Shown here: one piece after another, positions 1 to 14,270 of the stretch
Layout of the letters: every line of letters starts with the position of its first letter
How positions within the stretch are numbered: the stretch's first letter is position 1
From: an uncultured candidatus Porisulfidus sp.
Lineage (GTDB): Bacteria > Pseudomonadota > Gammaproteobacteria > Poriferisulfidales > Poriferisulfidaceae
Assembly (NCBI GenBank): GCA_958431155.1
Contig: OY288106.1
Span: forward strand, 486,527 to 550,526
Length of the DNA: 64,000 nucleotides
Direction of reading: 5' to 3'
Made by a program: the position numbers and the translations under genes
The notes under the pieces: generated by a model
What the model saw: the letters and a program-made list of their open reading frames with translations, nothing else
Databases searched by the model: none
What the model was told of the DNA's origin: nothing

Positions 1-153
1 ATCTATGCCGAAGCCTACAATCAGGATCCCGAGTTCTTCGCGTTCACCCGAAGCCTGAACGCTTACACCAATACGTTCCGAGACAAGGGAGACGTGCTGG
101 TCATGGAGCCGGACTCGGAATTTTTCCAATACTTCAAGCAACCCAAGAAGTAA
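1..153 (+). CDS. hflC: HflC, C-terminal part (truncated by window edge)
   Basis: Frame 1 reads IYAEAYNQDPEFFAFTRSLNAY...VMEPDSEFFQYFK*, the HflC C-terminus; followed by yjeT-hisZ-purA as in the usual order. Confidence 0.9.
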   Translation: MYAEAYNQDPEFFAFTRSLNAYTNTFRDKGDVLVMEPDSEFFQYFKQPKK

Positions 154-168
154 TACCGGTTCCCCGCC

Positions 169-362
169 ATGCAGTGGGAATTTGTCCTGGCGGCCATCGC
201 TCTGGTGATCATGCTGGAGGGCCTCGTCGCTCTCCTGAGCCCGGACCTGGCACGGCGCATGATGCTGCGCATGATCGGACTGCCGACCGTGCAGTTTCGG
301 ATGATGGGGCTGATCGCGGTCACGCTCGGCGTATTGCTTCTATATCTCACGCGGTGGCTGAC

Positions 363-366
<4 letters not shown>
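169..366 (+). CDS. DUF2065 (YjeT-like) small membrane protein
   Basis: 65 aa hydrophobic, ALVIMLEGL motif, between hflC and hisZ/purA. Confidence 0.85.
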
Positions 367-5397
<5,031 letters not shown>

Positions 5398-5454
5398 GCG
5401 ACGAAGAGGTGGGCTTGCCCCATTTTAGGGGAGGGGAGGTTCGCGCCCGTGCTT

Positions 5455-5925
5455 CTACAGCGAGTTCAGGAAGGCGAGCAGGGCTGCACGCTCTTCTTTC
5501 GTCATGTCGACGACGCACTGTTTCGCGGCTTCCGCCTCGCCGCCATGCCAGAGGATGGCTTCGAGCAGATTGCGCGCCCGACCGTCGTGCAGGAACAGGG
5601 TGTGGCCGCTGACCATTTCGGTCAGGCCGATGCCCCACAGCGGCGGCGTGCGCCATTCGCGCCCGGACGCCATGCCTTCCGGGCGGTCGTCAGCCAGCCC
5701 TTCACCCATGTCGTGCAGCAACAGGTCCGTGTAGGGCCAGATCAACTGGAAGGATTGCTCTTCGCTGATGGAGTCTCGCCGGGTCACGAACTTGGGCCGG
5801 TGGCAGCCGATGCAGTTGGCCTCGTAGAACAGGCGCTTTCCTTTGAGTACCTGCACATCGTCGATGAGGCGACGGGCCGGGACGGCAAGGTTGCGGTTGT
5901 AGAAGACGAGGAAGTCGAACAGCTT
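5455..5925 (-). pseudogene. Di-haem oxidoreductase (DHOR / putative thiol oxidoreductase) family, C-terminal fragment only
   Basis: NLAVPARR...CIGCH...IWPYTDLLLHDMGEGLAD...EWRTPPLWGIG...LHDGRARNLLEAILWHGGE; frame is closed by TAG near 5963 so the N-terminal part is missing. Confidence 0.82.
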
Positions 5926-5951
5926 TTGGCGGCCTCGGCGGATTCCGATTC

Positions 5952-6115
5952 GGACACGCGGCTATTTCTCCAGAGATGGCTATTCGCCTGGAGAAGGCGG
6001 GCGGTCCAGTGCCGAGTTCTGGCTGCGCTGGCAAACGGCTTGGGATCTTGCCCAGGCCCGCAAGGGCGAAGACCGAATCAACGTCGAACGATATCAGCCG
6101 CAACTAGCCGGATAG
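5952..6115 (+). pseudogene. higA: HigA-family antitoxin C-terminal remnant, 1-nt frameshift
   Basis: GHAAISPEMAIRLEKAG, then after a frameshift at ~6002 SSAEFWLRWQTAWDLAQARKGEDRINVERYQPQLAG*; no N-terminus. Confidence 0.8.
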
Positions 6116-6142
6116 CGCGAATCAGGGCGGTAGCCTTGGGCT

Positions 6143-6256
6143 CGCAAGGCCAGGGATTGGTACGACATCGCGTTTGTGCTTCTGCACAATGACGCTGGGG
6201 GACTGGCAGAGGCGATGGAATTTTGTCGGATCGTGGAAGATCGCATGGCGTGTTAA
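6143..6256 (+). pseudogene. Internal fragment of a putative AbiEii-like nucleotidyltransferase
   Basis: RKARDWYDIAFVLLHNDAGG resembles the (K/R)DxYD helix of AbiEii-type toxins; no start codon. Confidence 0.5.
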
Positions 6257-6267
6257 GGCATTCCATA

Positions 6268-6280
6268 TGGCATAATGCGC
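6268..6280 (+). promoter_or_regulatory. Extended -10 promoter for yajC-secDF
   Basis: TG-G-CATAAT followed by GC-rich GCGC, ~30 bp upstream of yajC. Confidence 0.45.
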
Positions 6281-6308
6281 TTCACCCAAAACCGGTGTAT
6301 CCGACCCC

Positions 6309-6635
6309 ATGATTCTGATCGACGACGCAATGGCGCAGGGTGCGGGAGGCGCCATGGGCGGCTGGTCCATGTTCGCTATGATCGCGATCTTCTTCGCGAT
6401 CATGTACTTCATGATCATTCGTCCGCAGAACAAGCGGGTCAAGGAACACCGCGCCCTGATCGATGCCCTGCAAAAAGGCGACGAAGTGTCCACCAACGGC
6501 GGCTTGATGGGACGGATCACGCATATCGGATCCAGCACGGTGCACCTGGAGTTGGCGGAGGGCGTGGAAGTCCGCCTGCGCCGGGATTCGGTCAGCAATG
6601 TCTTACCCAAGGGTTCGCTCGCGAAAAGTGACTGA
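6309..6635 (+). CDS. yajC: Preprotein translocase subunit YajC
   Basis: MYFMIIRPQNKR, KGDEVSTNGG. Confidence 0.96.
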   Translation: MILIDDAMAQGAGGAMGGWSMFAMIAIFFAIMYFMIIRPQNKRVKEHRALIDALQKGDEVSTNGGLMGRITHIGSSTVHLELAEGVEVRLRRDSVSNVLPKGSLAKSD

Positions 6636-6671
6636 TTCGGGCGGCCGGACCGGCGGCCTCTGGACAAATCC

Positions 6672-8537
6672 ATGAAGGCAAATCAATATCCATGGTGGAA
6701 GAACCTTCTGGTGGTTGGCGTCCTGCTGATCGCGGCATTCTATGCAGCTCCGAATCTGTATCCCTCGGACCCCTCGGTGCAGGTCTCTTCGTCCCGGGTC
6801 GCCGTCGGGGGGGCGGAGCAGAAGCAGGTCGAGCAGATCCTCAAGCTGAAGGGGCTTCCCTATCAGCGGGTCGAGCGGGAAGGGGAGGAGTCCCTGCTGG
6901 TCCGCTTCGCCGACCCGGAAGACCAGTTGAAGGCCGCGGACGCATTGCGCAGCGCCCTGTCTGACCGGTTCTCGGTGGCATTGCACTTGGCACCGGCCAC
7001 GCCGGGTTGGCTCGAGGCGCTGAACGCGTACCCGATGAATCTCGGGCTGGATCTGCGCGGCGGCGTGCACTTTCTCCTTGAGGTCGATCTGAATGCCTCG
7101 ATCAGCAAGGCGTACGAACGACATGCGATGGATGTCCGGACCCTTCTGCGCGAACAGGACATTCGCTACCGGGGAGTGCGGGTGCATGGTGAGGAGGTGC
7201 ATATCCTGGCCCGCGACACGAAGACTCTGGAACAGGTTGAAGAGGCGGTCGAAGAGGATTATTTCGGCACCTTCGACGTCACCACGGGAGAGACCGAGGG
7301 ACAGTCGTCCGTTGTCATGCGGCTGACCCCGACATCGCGTAGCGAGATCCGCCGCAACGCCATCAGCCAGAACCTGATCACGCTGCGCAAGCGGGTCAAC
7401 GAACTGGGCGTGGCGGAACCGGTCATCCAGCAGCAGGGGCGTACCCGGATCGCGGTGCAGTTGCCGGGCGTGCAGGATACGGCGCGGGCCAAAGAGATCC
7501 TGGGGGCGACCGCCACCCTGGAATTCCGCCTGGTAGACGAGCAGTCGGACCCCTACCTGGCCGCCGAGACCGGCAAGGTTCCACTGGCCGATGAACTGTA
7601 TTACGAACGAGACGGCAACCCGGTGCTGCTCAAGCGCCGGGTGATGCTGACCGGGGAGCACATCATCGACGCGTCCTCGGGGTTTGATGAACGCGGCCAG
7701 CCTGCGGTGCACATTACGCTGGACGGGGATGGCGCCCGACAATTCGCCAAGGTAACCGGCGAGAATGTCAAGCGGCTGATGGGCGTGGTGTTCATCGAGC
7801 AGCGCAGCGACACGGTGGTGACCGACGGCGAGCCGCACATGGTCACTCGCGAGACCCGCGAGGTCATCAACGTCGCGCGCATCCAGGAGCAGTTGTCCAA
7901 GCGGTTCCAGATTACCGGGCTGGATACTTCGCGCGAGGCGCGCAACCTGGCGCTGCTGCTGCGCGCCGGCGCGCTGGCCACGCCCATGTACATCGTGGAG
8001 GAGCGCACGGTGGGGCCGAGCCTGGGCCAGCAGAACATCGAGCTCGGCGCACTGTCGGTGCTGATCGGCTTCCTGCTGGTGATGGTGTTCATGATGCTGT
8101 ACTATCGCCTGTTCGGGCTGGTCGCCGATTTGGCGCTGGTCGCCAACCTGATCCTGATCGTGGCGGTGATGTCGATGATTCCGGGCGCGACGCTGACGTT
8201 GCCGGGCATTGCCGGCATCGTGCTGACCGTCGGCATGGCGGTGGACGCCAACGTGCTCATCTTTGAGCGCATTCGCGAGGAACTGGACAACGGCAACTCG
8301 CCCCAGGCCAGCATCCAGGCCGGCTACAGCAAGGCGTTGTCGACCATCGCCGATGCGAACATCACTACCCTGATCGCGGCGATCGTGCTGTTTGCCTTCG
8401 GTACCGGACCGATCAAGGGGTTCGCGGTAACCCTCTCCATCGGCATCGTGGCCTCCATGTTCACCGCGATCATGGGGACCCGGGCGGTCATCAACCAAAT
8501 CTATGGGACCCAGCGCACGCCGACCTTGGCGGTTTGA
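6672..8537 (+). CDS. secD: Protein translocase subunit SecD
   Basis: LGLDLRGGVH, RVNELGVAEP, GMAVDANVLIFERI. Confidence 0.98.
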   Translation: MKANQYPWWKNLLVVGVLLIAAFYAAPNLYPSDPSVQVSSSRVAVGGAEQKQVEQILKLKGLPYQRVEREGEESLLVRFADPEDQLKAADALRSALSDRFSVALHLAPATPGWLEALNAYPMNLGLDLRGGVHFLLEVDLNASISKAYERHAMDVRTLLREQDIRYRGVRVHGEEVHILARDTKTLEQVEEAVEEDYFGTFDVTTGETEGQSSVVMRLTPTSRSEIRRNAISQNLITLRKRVNELGVAEPVIQQQGRTRIAVQLPGVQDTARAKEILGATATLEFRLVDEQSDPYLAAETGKVPLADELYYERDGNPVLLKRRVMLTGEHIIDASSGFDERGQPAVHITLDGDGARQFAKVTGENVKRLMGVVFIEQRSDTVVTDGEPHMVTRETREVINVARIQEQLSKRFQITGLDTSREARNLALLLRAGALATPMYIVEERTVGPSLGQQNIELGALSVLIGFLLVMVFMMLYYRLFGLVADLALVANLILIVAVMSMIPGATLTLPGIAGIVLTVGMAVDANVLIFERIREELDNGNSPQASIQAGYSKALSTIADANITTLIAAIVLFAFGTGPIKGFAVTLSIGIVASMFTAIMGTRAVINQIYGTQRTPTLAV

Positions 8538-8539
8538 CC

Positions 8540-9463
8540 ATGCGATTACTCCCGCGCAAACTTGATCTCGACTTCATGGGGCGCAGCCGACATGCGATGA
8601 TCCTGTCGAGCGTCCTGCTGGTCCTGTCCCTCGGTTCGCTGCTGTTCCAGGGTCTGAACCTGGGCGTGGATTTCGAGGGTGGGACGCTGATCGAGGTCGG
8701 TTATCCGGCTCCGGTGGAGCTCGACGGGATTCGCGGGCGACTGGAGGCGTCCGGCTTCGACCGGGCGGTGGTGCAGCACTTCGGGTCGGCGCAGGACGTA
8801 CTGATACGGATCAAGCCGGACGAACGTCCCCAGAGCGAGTTGAGCAACCAGGTGCTGGAATCCCTGCGCGGCGGAGGAGAGCTTCAACTGCGCCGGGTCG
8901 AGTATGTTGGCCCGCAGGTGGGCGAGGAACTGCGCGACGATGGGGGTCTTGCCATGCTGTACGCGCTTGGGCTGATCCTGATCTACGTGGCATTGCGCTT
9001 CGAGTACCGATTCTCGTTCGGCGCTGTGGTCGCACTGGTGCACGACGTGATCGTGACCATCGGATTCTTCTCGCTGACCCAGATCGAGTTCGACTTGACG
9101 GTGTTGGCGGCCATCCTGGCGGTGATCGGCTATTCCCTGAACGACACGATCGTCGTGTTCGACCGGATCCGGGAGAATTTCCGACAGCTGAGGCGCCATT
9201 CCAACACCGAAGTCCTCAACGTCTCGATCAACCAGACCCTGTCGCGTACCCTGATGACCTCGCTGACCACGCTGCTGGTGCTGCTCGCGCTGTTCTTCTT
9301 CGGGGGCGAAGTGATCCACGCGTTCTCCATTGCGCTGATCGTGGGCGTGATCATCGGCACCTACTCGTCGATCTATGTGGCGGGAAGCTCCCTGCTGGTG
9401 CTTGGCGTGAGCGGCCGCGACCTTGAGGTGACCCCGGTCGAGGATGTGGACGACCGGCCGTAG
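8540..9463 (+). CDS. secF: Protein translocase subunit SecF
   Basis: LGVDFEGG, GYSLNDTIVVFDRIRE. Confidence 0.97.
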   Translation: MRLLPRKLDLDFMGRSRHAMILSSVLLVLSLGSLLFQGLNLGVDFEGGTLIEVGYPAPVELDGIRGRLEASGFDRAVVQHFGSAQDVLIRIKPDERPQSELSNQVLESLRGGGELQLRRVEYVGPQVGEELRDDGGLAMLYALGLILIYVALRFEYRFSFGAVVALVHDVIVTIGFFSLTQIEFDLTVLAAILAVIGYSLNDTIVVFDRIRENFRQLRRHSNTEVLNVSINQTLSRTLMTSLTTLLVLLALFFFGGEVIHAFSIALIVGVIIGTYSSIYVAGSSLLVLGVSGRDLEVTPVEDVDDRP

Positions 9464-9478
9464 GGGCGGGTCTTGTGA

Positions 9479-9868
9479 TCAGTGGGGGTTGGTGGGCGCG
9501 AGGGTTAGCCCGAAACGCTCGAATTTCCGGAAATCCTTCAGGTTCGCGGTGGCGATGGGGGCCTGTTCTGCGATTGCGGTGGCGGCGATCATGCAGTCCA
9601 TGAACATCCTGCGGTGGCGTCCGGTTTCATTGAACAGCCGGGCCGCAAGCACCGCCATTTCATCGGTGAAATCGATCTGCCGTACCACGAGGCGTCTGGC
9701 AATAGGTAAATTCGGTTCCGCAAGCGGCTCGCCGCACAAGTATTCGGCCCAGGCGATGGCACTCATGCAGAGGATCTCCCCAGCGCGCAGCCACTCCCTG
9801 AGTTTTTCGCTTTCAGGAGAATTCTCCCCGGTCGCGCAAATCAGGAAATTCGCGTCCAGGTGGATCAT
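9479..9868 (-). CDS. vapC: VapC/PIN-domain toxin
   Basis: MIHLDANFLI...AWAEYLCG...DCMIAATA...ATANLKDF; acidic PIN residues present; ATG overlaps the antitoxin stop. Confidence 0.88.
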   Translation of the reverse strand: MIHLDANFLICATGENSPESEKLREWLRAGEILCMSAIAWAEYLCGEPLAEPNLPIARRLVVRQIDFTDEMAVLAARLFNETGRHRRMFMDCMIAATAIAEQAPIATANLKDFRKFERFGLTLAPTNPH

Positions 9869-10155
9869 GTCTTTGGCAGCCACCGAAGACGGTGCAAGGA
9901 GCTTTCTCGGCGTATTTTCTCGGTTTCTTCCGCCCACTTCTCGACATCAATCCCGGCCTCGGCAACCCGGCGTTGTAGTTCATCGAGAGCCTTGATCGCA
10001 TCCTCCCGGTCGCGCAGGGTCTGCTCTGCCATCTTGTCGACGGCGCGCCGTAGCGCGTCGGATTTGGAAGTACTCCAGTGTTCCGCCAAGCGATCCAGTT
10101 TCTGCACAGTCCCGACGTCCAGCGAGTAGGTCGAGCGGATTGTCATCTTGGCCAT
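9865..10155 (-). CDS. Ribbon-helix-helix (CopG-like) antitoxin
   Basis: RSTYSLD...KLDRLAEHWSTSKSDALRRAV; directly upstream of the PIN gene. Confidence 0.85.
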   Translation of the reverse strand: MAKMTIRSTYSLDVGTVQKLDRLAEHWSTSKSDALRRAVDKMAEQTLRDREDAIKALDELQRRVAEAGIDVEKWAEETEKIRRESSLHRLRWLPKT

Positions 10156-10179
10156 ACGGAAAGTATGGCATGGTCATAC
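10151..10179. promoter_or_regulatory. Probable antitoxin operator (overlapping inverted repeats)
   Basis: GCCATAC-ggaaa-GTATGGC and GTATG-N7-CATAC over the antitoxin start. Confidence 0.55.
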
Positions 10180-10216
10180 AATACTGTCAAACCTGACGGG
10201 CCGGCAGACCGGCCAT

Positions 10217-11014
10217 TCAGGCTGGCTGTTTCTCCAGGGCTTCAAGCCGCCCCAGCATCTCCTCCAGAACTTTCGGTGCGGCGGCAATGATGTTGCCGCT
10301 GGCAAGCGGGTCCTCGCCGCCGTCCAGGTCTTTCACGACCACGCCCGCTTCTCTGGCGAGAACGATCCCGGCGGCCATGTCCCAGGGCTTGAGGCCGAAT
10401 TCCCAGAAGCCGTCGAATCGTCCTGCCGCCACATAGGCGAGGTCCAGCGCCGCCGAGCCTGCGCGGCGGATTCCGGAGGTCTCCGGGATCAGGGCCCTAA
10501 GGGTGGCCAGGTAGTGGTCGAGGTCCGCGCCGTCGCGGAACGGGAAACCCGTTGCGAGCAGGGCGTCCGCCAGTCCCAGCCCGGCGCGGGCACGGATGCG
10601 CCGCCCGTCGAGGAAGGCCCCGCGGCCGGCTTCCGCGGTGAACAGCTCCTGCTTGAACGGATCGTACACGACCCCGAGCAGCAGCCTGTCCCGCTGCCGC
10701 AGGGCGATGGATACGGCGTAGTGGGGGATGCCGAACAGGAAGTTGGTGGTGCCGTCCAGCGGATCGACCAGCCATTCGAATTCGGCATCGGGGAGATCAT
10801 TGGCGGCACCTTCCTCCGCCAGGATGGCATGTTCCGGGTGCGCCTTGTGCAGGCGGGCGACGATTTCCTGCTCGGCCTCGCGATCCACGCTGGAAACGAA
10901 GTCGTGCGCGCCTTTGCGCTCCACCTTGACCCGATCAGTGAAGTGGTGGTGGCGGATGATGATCCGGCCGGCCGCCTCGGCGGCATCGACGGCAATGTTC
11001 AGCAATGCGCTCAT
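10217..11014 (-). CDS. suhB: Inositol monophosphatase family / Nus factor SuhB
   Basis: WLVDPLDGTTNF, RRAGSAALDLAYVA, WDMAAG. Confidence 0.95.
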   Translation of the reverse strand: MSALLNIAVDAAEAAGRIIIRHHHFTDRVKVERKGAHDFVSSVDREAEQEIVARLHKAHPEHAILAEEGAANDLPDAEFEWLVDPLDGTTNFLFGIPHYAVSIALRQRDRLLLGVVYDPFKQELFTAEAGRGAFLDGRRIRARAGLGLADALLATGFPFRDGADLDHYLATLRALIPETSGIRRAGSAALDLAYVAAGRFDGFWEFGLKPWDMAAGIVLAREAGVVVKDLDGGEDPLASGNIIAAAPKVLEEMLGRLEALEKQPA

Positions 11015-11150
11015 GCTAGTCCTGTGTTGCGGGCAAGGACCGCCCGCGATGAATCCCCGGCCTCAAAAAGTTGTTTCGGGAGCGGACGAAAGTCCCGCTA
11101 TCATAAAGCAAGCAGGTATTTCCAGCCTTTCCGGCTCTATCCCTTAAGGA

Positions 11151-11175
11151 ATACTTGACTATTCTGGTCAGGTAT
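11151..11175 (+). promoter_or_regulatory. IscR type-1 binding site
   Basis: ATACTTGACTATTCTGGTCAGGTAT closely fits ATASYYGACTRWWWYAGTCRRSTAT, directly upstream of iscR. Confidence 0.85.
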
Positions 11176-11217
11176 GTCAATATGAGCTTGGTTCCGCATC
11201 GCCGGAGACTTGATGTT

Positions 11218-11715
11218 ATGCGATTGAATGCAAAAGGACGTTATGCCGTGACCGCCATGCTGGACGTGGCGATGCACGGCGAGCAGGGGCCGGTGGCGCT
11301 GGCGAGCATTGCCGAGCGCCAGGGCATCTCGCGTTCCTATCTGGAGCAGCTGTTCTCCCGCCTGCGCCGGGCCGGACTGGTCGACAGCGTGCGCGGGCCT
11401 GGTGGCGGATACTGCCTGGCGCGGGACGTACCGGCTATTTCGGTCGCCGAGGTGATCGCGGCGGTCGATGAGCGCGTGGATGCGACGCGTTGCGGCGGGA
11501 GCGAGAACTGCCAGGACAACCAGCCCTGCCTGACCCACGGCCTGTGGGAGGAGCTGGGCCGCGAGATCGAACGCTATCTGGACCGCGTCAGCTTGGCGGA
11601 CGTGTTGAGCCAGCGGCGGGTCCGCGAAGTGGCCTTGCGCCAGAACGTGAAATTCGCCGAGCACCACGGCTTCCCCGTGAGTCCGGCCATGGAGGGGCAG
11701 GAGGCCGTCCTATGA
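11218..11715 (+). CDS. iscR: Fe-S cluster transcription regulator IscR
   Basis: [26 protein letters not shown]-x5-C-x5-C-x2-H ligands. Confidence 0.96.
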   Translation: MRLNAKGRYAVTAMLDVAMHGEQGPVALASIAERQGISRSYLEQLFSRLRRAGLVDSVRGPGGGYCLARDVPAISVAEVIAAVDERVDATRCGGSENCQDNQPCLTHGLWEELGREIERYLDRVSLADVLSQRRVREVALRQNVKFAEHHGFPVSPAMEGQEAVL

Positions 11716-12935
11716 ACGACATCAATCTCCCCATCTACCTGGACTACTCGGCCACCACGCCGGTGGACCCGCGGGTGGCGGCCAAGATGCGCCAGTACCT
11801 GACGCCGGACGGCGAGTTCGGCAATCCCGCCTCGCGTTCGCACAGCTTCGGCTGGCACGCCGAGGAAGCGGTCGACGAGGCGCGCAAGCAGGTCGCGGAA
11901 CTGATCGGCGCTGATCCGCGCGAGATCATCTGGACCAGCGGCGGTACCGAGTCGGACAACCTGGCGATCAAGGGCGCCGCCCACTTCTACCAGAAAAAGG
12001 GCAGGCACATCGTCACCGTCAAGACCGAACATAAGGCGGTGCTGGACACCTGCCGGCAGCTGGAGCGGGAAGGCTTCGAGGTGACCTACCTGGCGCCGCA
12101 GGCCAACGGTCTGCTGGACTTGGAGGAGCTGGAGGCGTCGCTGCGCGACGACACGGTGGTGGTGTCGGTGATGCACGTCAACAACGAGATCGGCATCGTC
12201 CAGGACATCGGCGCGATCGGCAAATTGACCCGCGAGCGCGGCATCATCCTGCATGTCGACGCGGCGCAGGGCGCCGGCAAGATCCCGATCGACGTGCATG
12301 CGATGCAGGTCGACCTGATGACCTTGTCCGCACACAAGATCTACGGCCCGAAAGGGATCGGCGCGCTGTACATCTGCCGCAAGCCCCGGGTGCGCCTGGA
12401 GGCGCAGATACACGGCGGCGGGCATGAGCGCGGGCTTCGTTCCGGCACCTTGCCGACGCACCAGATCGTCGGCATGGGCGAAGCATTCCGGCTCGCCCGC
12501 GAGGAGCTGGCGGAGGAATCGGCCCGCATCCGCGCCCTGCGCGACCGGCTCTGGAACGGCCTCAACCAGATGGAGGAGGTCTACCTCAACGGCGACCTTG
12601 AGCAGCGGGTGCCGGGCAACCTCAACGTCAGCTTCAACTTCGTGGAAGGCGAATCGCTGATCATGGCGCTGAAGGACGTTGCGGTGTCCAGCGGTTCGGC
12701 CTGTACCTCGGCCTCGCTGGAACCCAGCTACGTGCTGCGCGCGCTGGGCCGCAACGACGAACTCGCGCACAGTTCGCTGCGCTTCACCATCGGCCGTTTC
12801 ACGACCGAGGAAGAAATCGACTACACCATCTCACTCATCGAGCAAGCCGTGCAGCGGCTTCGCGACCTGTCGCCCCTTTGGGAGATGTACCAGGAAGGGG
12901 TCGACCTGGACTCGGTGCAGTGGGCGGTACACTGA
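11712..12935 (+). CDS. iscS: Cysteine desulfurase IscS
   Basis: [27 protein letters not shown]. Confidence 0.98.
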   Translation: MNDINLPIYLDYSATTPVDPRVAAKMRQYLTPDGEFGNPASRSHSFGWHAEEAVDEARKQVAELIGADPREIIWTSGGTESDNLAIKGAAHFYQKKGRHIVTVKTEHKAVLDTCRQLEREGFEVTYLAPQANGLLDLEELEASLRDDTVVVSVMHVNNEIGIVQDIGAIGKLTRERGIILHVDAAQGAGKIPIDVHAMQVDLMTLSAHKIYGPKGIGALYICRKPRVRLEAQIHGGGHERGLRSGTLPTHQIVGMGEAFRLAREELAEESARIRALRDRLWNGLNQMEEVYLNGDLEQRVPGNLNVSFNFVEGESLIMALKDVAVSSGSACTSASLEPSYVLRALGRNDELAHSSLRFTIGRFTTEEEIDYTISLIEQAVQRLRDLSPLWEMYQEGVDLDSVQWAVH

Positions 12936-12959
12936 CAAAGCTAAGCAGGAGAAAGCATC

Positions 12960-13385
12960 ATGGCATATGGGAAAAAAGTTCTGGATCACTATGAACATCC
13001 GCGCAACGTCGGTTCGCTGGACAAGAACGACGCGCAGGTAGGCACCGGCATGGTCGGCGCGCCGGCCTGCGGGGACGTGATGAAACTTCAGATCAAGGTC
13101 AGCGACGAAGGCCTGATCGAGGACGCCAAGTTCAAGACCTACGGCTGCGGCTCGGCGATCGCGTCGTCCAGCCTGCTGACCGAGTGGGTACGCGGCAAGA
13201 CCCTGGCGGAGGCCGGGGAGATCCGCAACACCGACATCGCCGAGGAACTGGCGCTGCCGCCGGTGAAGATCCACTGCTCGGTTCTGGCGGAAGACGCCAT
13301 CCGTGCGGCGATCGAGGACTACGAAGGCAAGCAGGCCCGCAAGGCCGACGCGCCGGACGAGGCGCAGCTGGCGGAAGCCGTCTGA
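12960..13385 (+). CDS. iscU: Fe-S scaffold IscU
   Basis: GAPACGDVM, YGCGSAIAS, LPPVKIHCS. Confidence 0.98.
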   Translation: MAYGKKVLDHYEHPRNVGSLDKNDAQVGTGMVGAPACGDVMKLQIKVSDEGLIEDAKFKTYGCGSAIASSSLLTEWVRGKTLAEAGEIRNTDIAEELALPPVKIHCSVLAEDAIRAAIEDYEGKQARKADAPDEAQLAEAV

Positions 13386-13397
13386 GCCACAACCGGC

Positions 13398-13721
13398 ATG
13401 GCCATCTCGCTGACCGAGGCTGCGGCCGGGCAGATCCGCGCCCACTTGGAGAAGCGCGGACGGGGGCTCGGCTTGCGCCTGGGGGTGAAGACCACCGGCT
13501 GTTCCGGGATGGCCTACGTGCTGGAATTCGCCGATGACCTGGAAGAGGACGACCAGGTGTTCGAGCACAAGGGCGTGAAGGTGGTGATCTCCCCGAAGAG
13601 CCTGGCCTATCTGGATGGCGCCGAACTGGATTACGGGCGCGAAGGACTGAACGAGGGGTTCCGTTTCACCAATCCCAACGAAAAAGCGCGTTGCGGGTGC
13701 GGCGAAAGCTTCAGTATCTGA
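13398..13721 (+). CDS. iscA: A-type carrier IscA
   Basis: [15 protein letters not shown]. Confidence 0.97.
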   Translation: MAISLTEAAAGQIRAHLEKRGRGLGLRLGVKTTGCSGMAYVLEFADDLEEDDQVFEHKGVKVVISPKSLAYLDGAELDYGREGLNEGFRFTNPNEKARCGCGESFSI

Positions 13722-13742
13722 GCACGGGACCAGGGGACGGCG

Positions 13743-14267
13743 GTGCCGCTGGAACTTCCCCAAAATTATTTCGAACTGTTTCAGTTGCCGTGCGCGCTCG
13801 AGGTCGACGAGCGGCAGCTGATCGAGCAGTACCGCGTCCTGCAGCGGGAACTGCATCCGGATCGCTTCGCGGCGGCAGGCTCCCAGGAGAAACGCCTCGC
13901 GGCGCAGGCTGCAGCCCACGTCAACCAGGCCTACCGCACCCTGAATGACCGGCACGAGCGGGCGACTTACCTGCTTCAGTTGCAGGAGGTGGTGGTGGAT
14001 GACGAGAAGGACACGTCGACCGAGGTCGAGTTTCTCATGCAGCAGATGGAGTTGCGCGAGGGATTGGAGGAGCTCGACGGATTGCCGGAAGCCGAGGCCT
14101 TCGGCGTCCGCCTGGAGCGGGAGGCCGGGGCGCTGTGGGAGGACTTCGGGGTGTGCTACGCCGGAGGACGCTGGCTGGACGCGCGGGAAGTCTTGCTGAA
14201 GCTTCGCTTCTACCGTCGCCTACAGCAACAGCTGCAGGTCCGCAGGGAGCAATTTTCTACAGGATAA
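13743..14267 (+). CDS. hscB: Co-chaperone HscB
   Basis: NYFELF, J-domain HPD, FLMQQMELRE. Confidence 0.95.
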   Translation: MPLELPQNYFELFQLPCALEVDERQLIEQYRVLQRELHPDRFAAAGSQEKRLAAQAAAHVNQAYRTLNDRHERATYLLQLQEVVVDDEKDTSTEVEFLMQQMELREGLEELDGLPEAEAFGVRLEREAGALWEDFGVCYAGGRWLDAREVLLKLRFYRRLQQQLQVRREQFSTG

Positions 14268-14270
14268 AGA

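Noticed and set aside
11015-11100. boxA element in the suhB leader and GGAC-GAAA-GTCC hairpin as an ncRNA
   Set aside because: No convincing GYTCTTTAANA match on the minus strand; an isolated short hairpin is not enough evidence
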